DNA of 63,993 bases, filler included, from Neoconidiobolus thromboides FSU 785 (Eukaryota > Fungi > Entomophthoromycota), in assembly GCA_025603075.1 (NCBI GenBank). It is 11 parts of 11 records of this genome, joined end to end, with 100 filler letters (N's around TTAATTAATTAA, not from the genome) between each part and the next. Parts side by side here need not be neighbours in the genome. Positions count along the whole stretch, not along the records: positions 61,125 to 62,747 come from MU626938.1; positions 62,848 to 63,993 come from MU627032.1; 9 more parts are not named here. One strand, 5' to 3'. This document shows, one piece after another, positions 61,753 to 63,993 of this stretch. The position numbers and the translations under genes were made by a program. Within the stretch, counting starts at the first letter, position 1; every line of letters starts with the position of its first letter. A model generated the notes under the pieces. The model saw nothing but the letters and a program-made list of their open reading frames with translations, did not search any database and was not told where the DNA came from.

Positions 61753-61853
61753 ATATGTGTTTTTTTGTTTAAGGATTTTACTAACAAATTTTCTACTTAA
61801 ATAGTGCTTAAAAAATGGAAAAAATAATGAAGTTAAAAAAAACACTCACATAT
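61753..61853 (-). mobile_element. 105-bp MITE family copy 14
   Basis: atatgtgtttttttgtttaagg...tacttaaatagtgcttaaaaaatgg...aacactcacatat. Confidence 0.8.
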
Positions 61854-62596
61854 CTTATTTTTTAATATAATCAAAACTTTATCTTTTAAATCTATATATT
61901 AATTTTAAATTTTAAATATAAATACGGAAACTAGATTAGTTTTATAAAAATATTATTAACGCAAGTTCAAAATTTAAATAACATAATTCTTATATAAAAA
62001 AGTTTAATATGGTTATATTATTATTATTTGTTATTATTTATTATTAAGCTAGCTTATTTATTTTGTTTTTATTTTTTATCTTTATTTTTAAATAACCAAA
62101 AACATCACTATATAGTTCAATTTGCTAAAGTTATTTATAAATTATTTTCTAGATATTATTTGCTTACATATAAGCTTCGATTTGCTTTTTTTTAAAAACA
62201 ATTATTTATAACCTAAATTTTTTAATTTAAACTAAATAAAATAATATAAACAAAAAATTTAGTTTATAACAATAAAATCAAAAGTTAATTTAAGTATTAT
62301 TTTATATTTGTTTTTTATTAAAGCCATTATTGTTATCCTTATTTAAAGATACTAAAATATATAATAAATTTTTAACAATATTATATAAAAAAATAAATAT
62401 ATTCAATTGAAAGTTACTTTATTAATATCTTAATATAATATTTAATTATTAAATAAGCTTAAAATCAATTTTTTTTGTTATATTAGTATAAAATTTTAAC
62501 ATAAAAAAATCAAAAAACTTACAAAATAATCAAAAAGATTTAAATGCAAATTATATATATATAACTATAAAAAAAGTTAAAGAAACTATAAAGTTA

Positions 62597-62747
62597 TGCG
62601 AAATTTGGTACTCAGGGTTTAGAATCAAGAACAGCTATTGCAGGGTTGACTACACTATAAGTCGAAAGGTCTTAGTTTATGTGACTAAGATAGACTTGAA
62701 TTATGAAGAATAACATGTAATAGGTTACGGACTATGTAAGACAAATA
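62597..62747 (+). repeat. 151-bp arm of an inverted repeat at the right contig edge
   Basis: tgcgaaatttggtactcagggtttagaatcaagaacagc...gtaagacaaata; partner of 61125-61275. Confidence 0.9.
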
Positions 62748-63913
62748 NNNNNNNNNNNNNNNNNNNNNNNNNNNNNNNNNNNNNNNNNNNNTTAATTAAT
62801 TAANNNNNNNNNNNNNNNNNNNNNNNNNNNNNNNNNNNNNNNNNNNNACCGCCGAGTTTGAAACTAAAATTATATACGTGATCATATAAATATATAATAT
62901 TATTTTAAAATATTGCTGTAAAGATCATAATTATATCATTATCCCACTTTTATAGGGATATTTCAATATTAGCTTGTCACTATCAATATCGGTTTAACAT
63001 TTAACCAATTTACCCGTAATATATGACTTCTAAAAGCATATACTAATTATATAAGTGAACATTATGTAATTTTTATTTTATTTTATCTATTTTAAACTAT
63101 TTTTTGTAGTATTCTTACTCTATTATATTATTGATGATGAAATCTAAATTGCTTTATTATTTCTCTTAACAATAACAAAAATTAGTAAATATTCAGACTT
63201 CCTATAGTAATATTGATAAAATAAAATAAAATAGTTCAGTTTAATCTATTTGATTATTAGTATTTAAATAACTATTATTATATTATATATAAATGAAATC
63301 CTTTTAAAAAGGTATACTTTACTACAAAAATAAATGGTTTAACCCACTAATAAATGTGGTACGTTGTAAATTTAAAGTTTATAGCTGAAATTTTAATAGA
63401 ATTCTAATACACTTGGAATTACTGCTATTTTTATACAAATTATGAGTATTTGTTGTTTTAAATACTTCATTAAACTCCATCGTTGTTGAATTTTATCATG
63501 AATAAATGTATTAGATGCACTCTATCATTTATTCATAAGTATATTGGTAGTATGAATTTTGTAATAATATATTAAACATTTAATATAAAGGATGGAACTT
63601 ATCTTGAAAAGCAATATTTTTATATAGTAATTCTATAACTCAATAGTTGATTCAATTATCGTTAATACATAATTTATAATAACTGGAGAATATTATAAAA
63701 TATAAACTTGATTCAATAAATTAAACACTGTATTCAAATCACATTTTACATTGCTATTTGATTTACTTTTACAATGTTATACAACTGAAAAAGTTAATAT
63801 TAAACCAACAAATAATAGTTTAAAATCATAAAGTATATAATATATAAAATATATAAAATACAAACAGTGTTTATTAAATCAGAGAATAATATTTACATAA
63901 AAATAAAAGGAGA

Positions 63914-63993
63914 CTAAAGTTTATCACCAAGCCAAATAGATGTCTTTTCCTTATTAATGATTCCATCTTCTGCTTTAGGTTCAATTTTAATAG
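63914..63993 (-). CDS. Probable C-terminal end of a gene continuing beyond the window
   Basis: Reads IKIEPKAEDGIINKEKTSIWLGDKL* with coding-like composition; too short to identify. Confidence 0.35.
   Translation of the reverse strand, partial: IKIEPKAEDGIINKEKTSIWLGDKL

Noticed and set aside
1-63993. tRNA, rRNA or snoRNA genes
   Set aside because: No cloverleaf, rRNA-like or convincing box C/D pattern noticed by eye; tRNAscan-SE and Infernal would be needed to exclude them.

Overview
Very AT-rich, intron-containing eukaryotic DNA (short ~47-58 nt GT-AG introns) with a fungal gene complement. An early-diverging fungus such as a Conidiobolus-like entomophthoralean is my inference, not a lookup. 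The window is a scaffold of 11 contigs joined by ten synthetic 100-nt N...TTAATTAATTAA...N spacers, so several genes are cut and adjacency across spacers is unverified. Genes: two KRE2/MNT1 (GT15) mannosyltransferases around a DHA2-type MFS transporter, a small secreted 10-Cys defensin-like peptide, three HSL-family esterases in tandem, two ABCB transporter 3' ends in inverted orientation, an S28 peptidase, two Msn2/4-like C2H2 factors, a probable GPI-anchored protein, DPH4, dUTPase, two F-box/LRR proteins, an intronless RNA-dependent RNA polymerase, HIR3/Cabin1, the complex I 24-kDa subunit, an ArAE/FUSC membrane protein and a large SZT2 (KICSTOR)-like fragment. A ~105-bp MITE occurs 14 times, alongside other repeats. 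Best leads: the copsin-like CS-alpha-beta defensin, the fungal SZT2 homologue, the MITE family with its longer relative, and the modular phase-0 NLS-like micro-exons of dUTPase. All protein family calls come from recognised motifs and recalled sequences; no searches were run.
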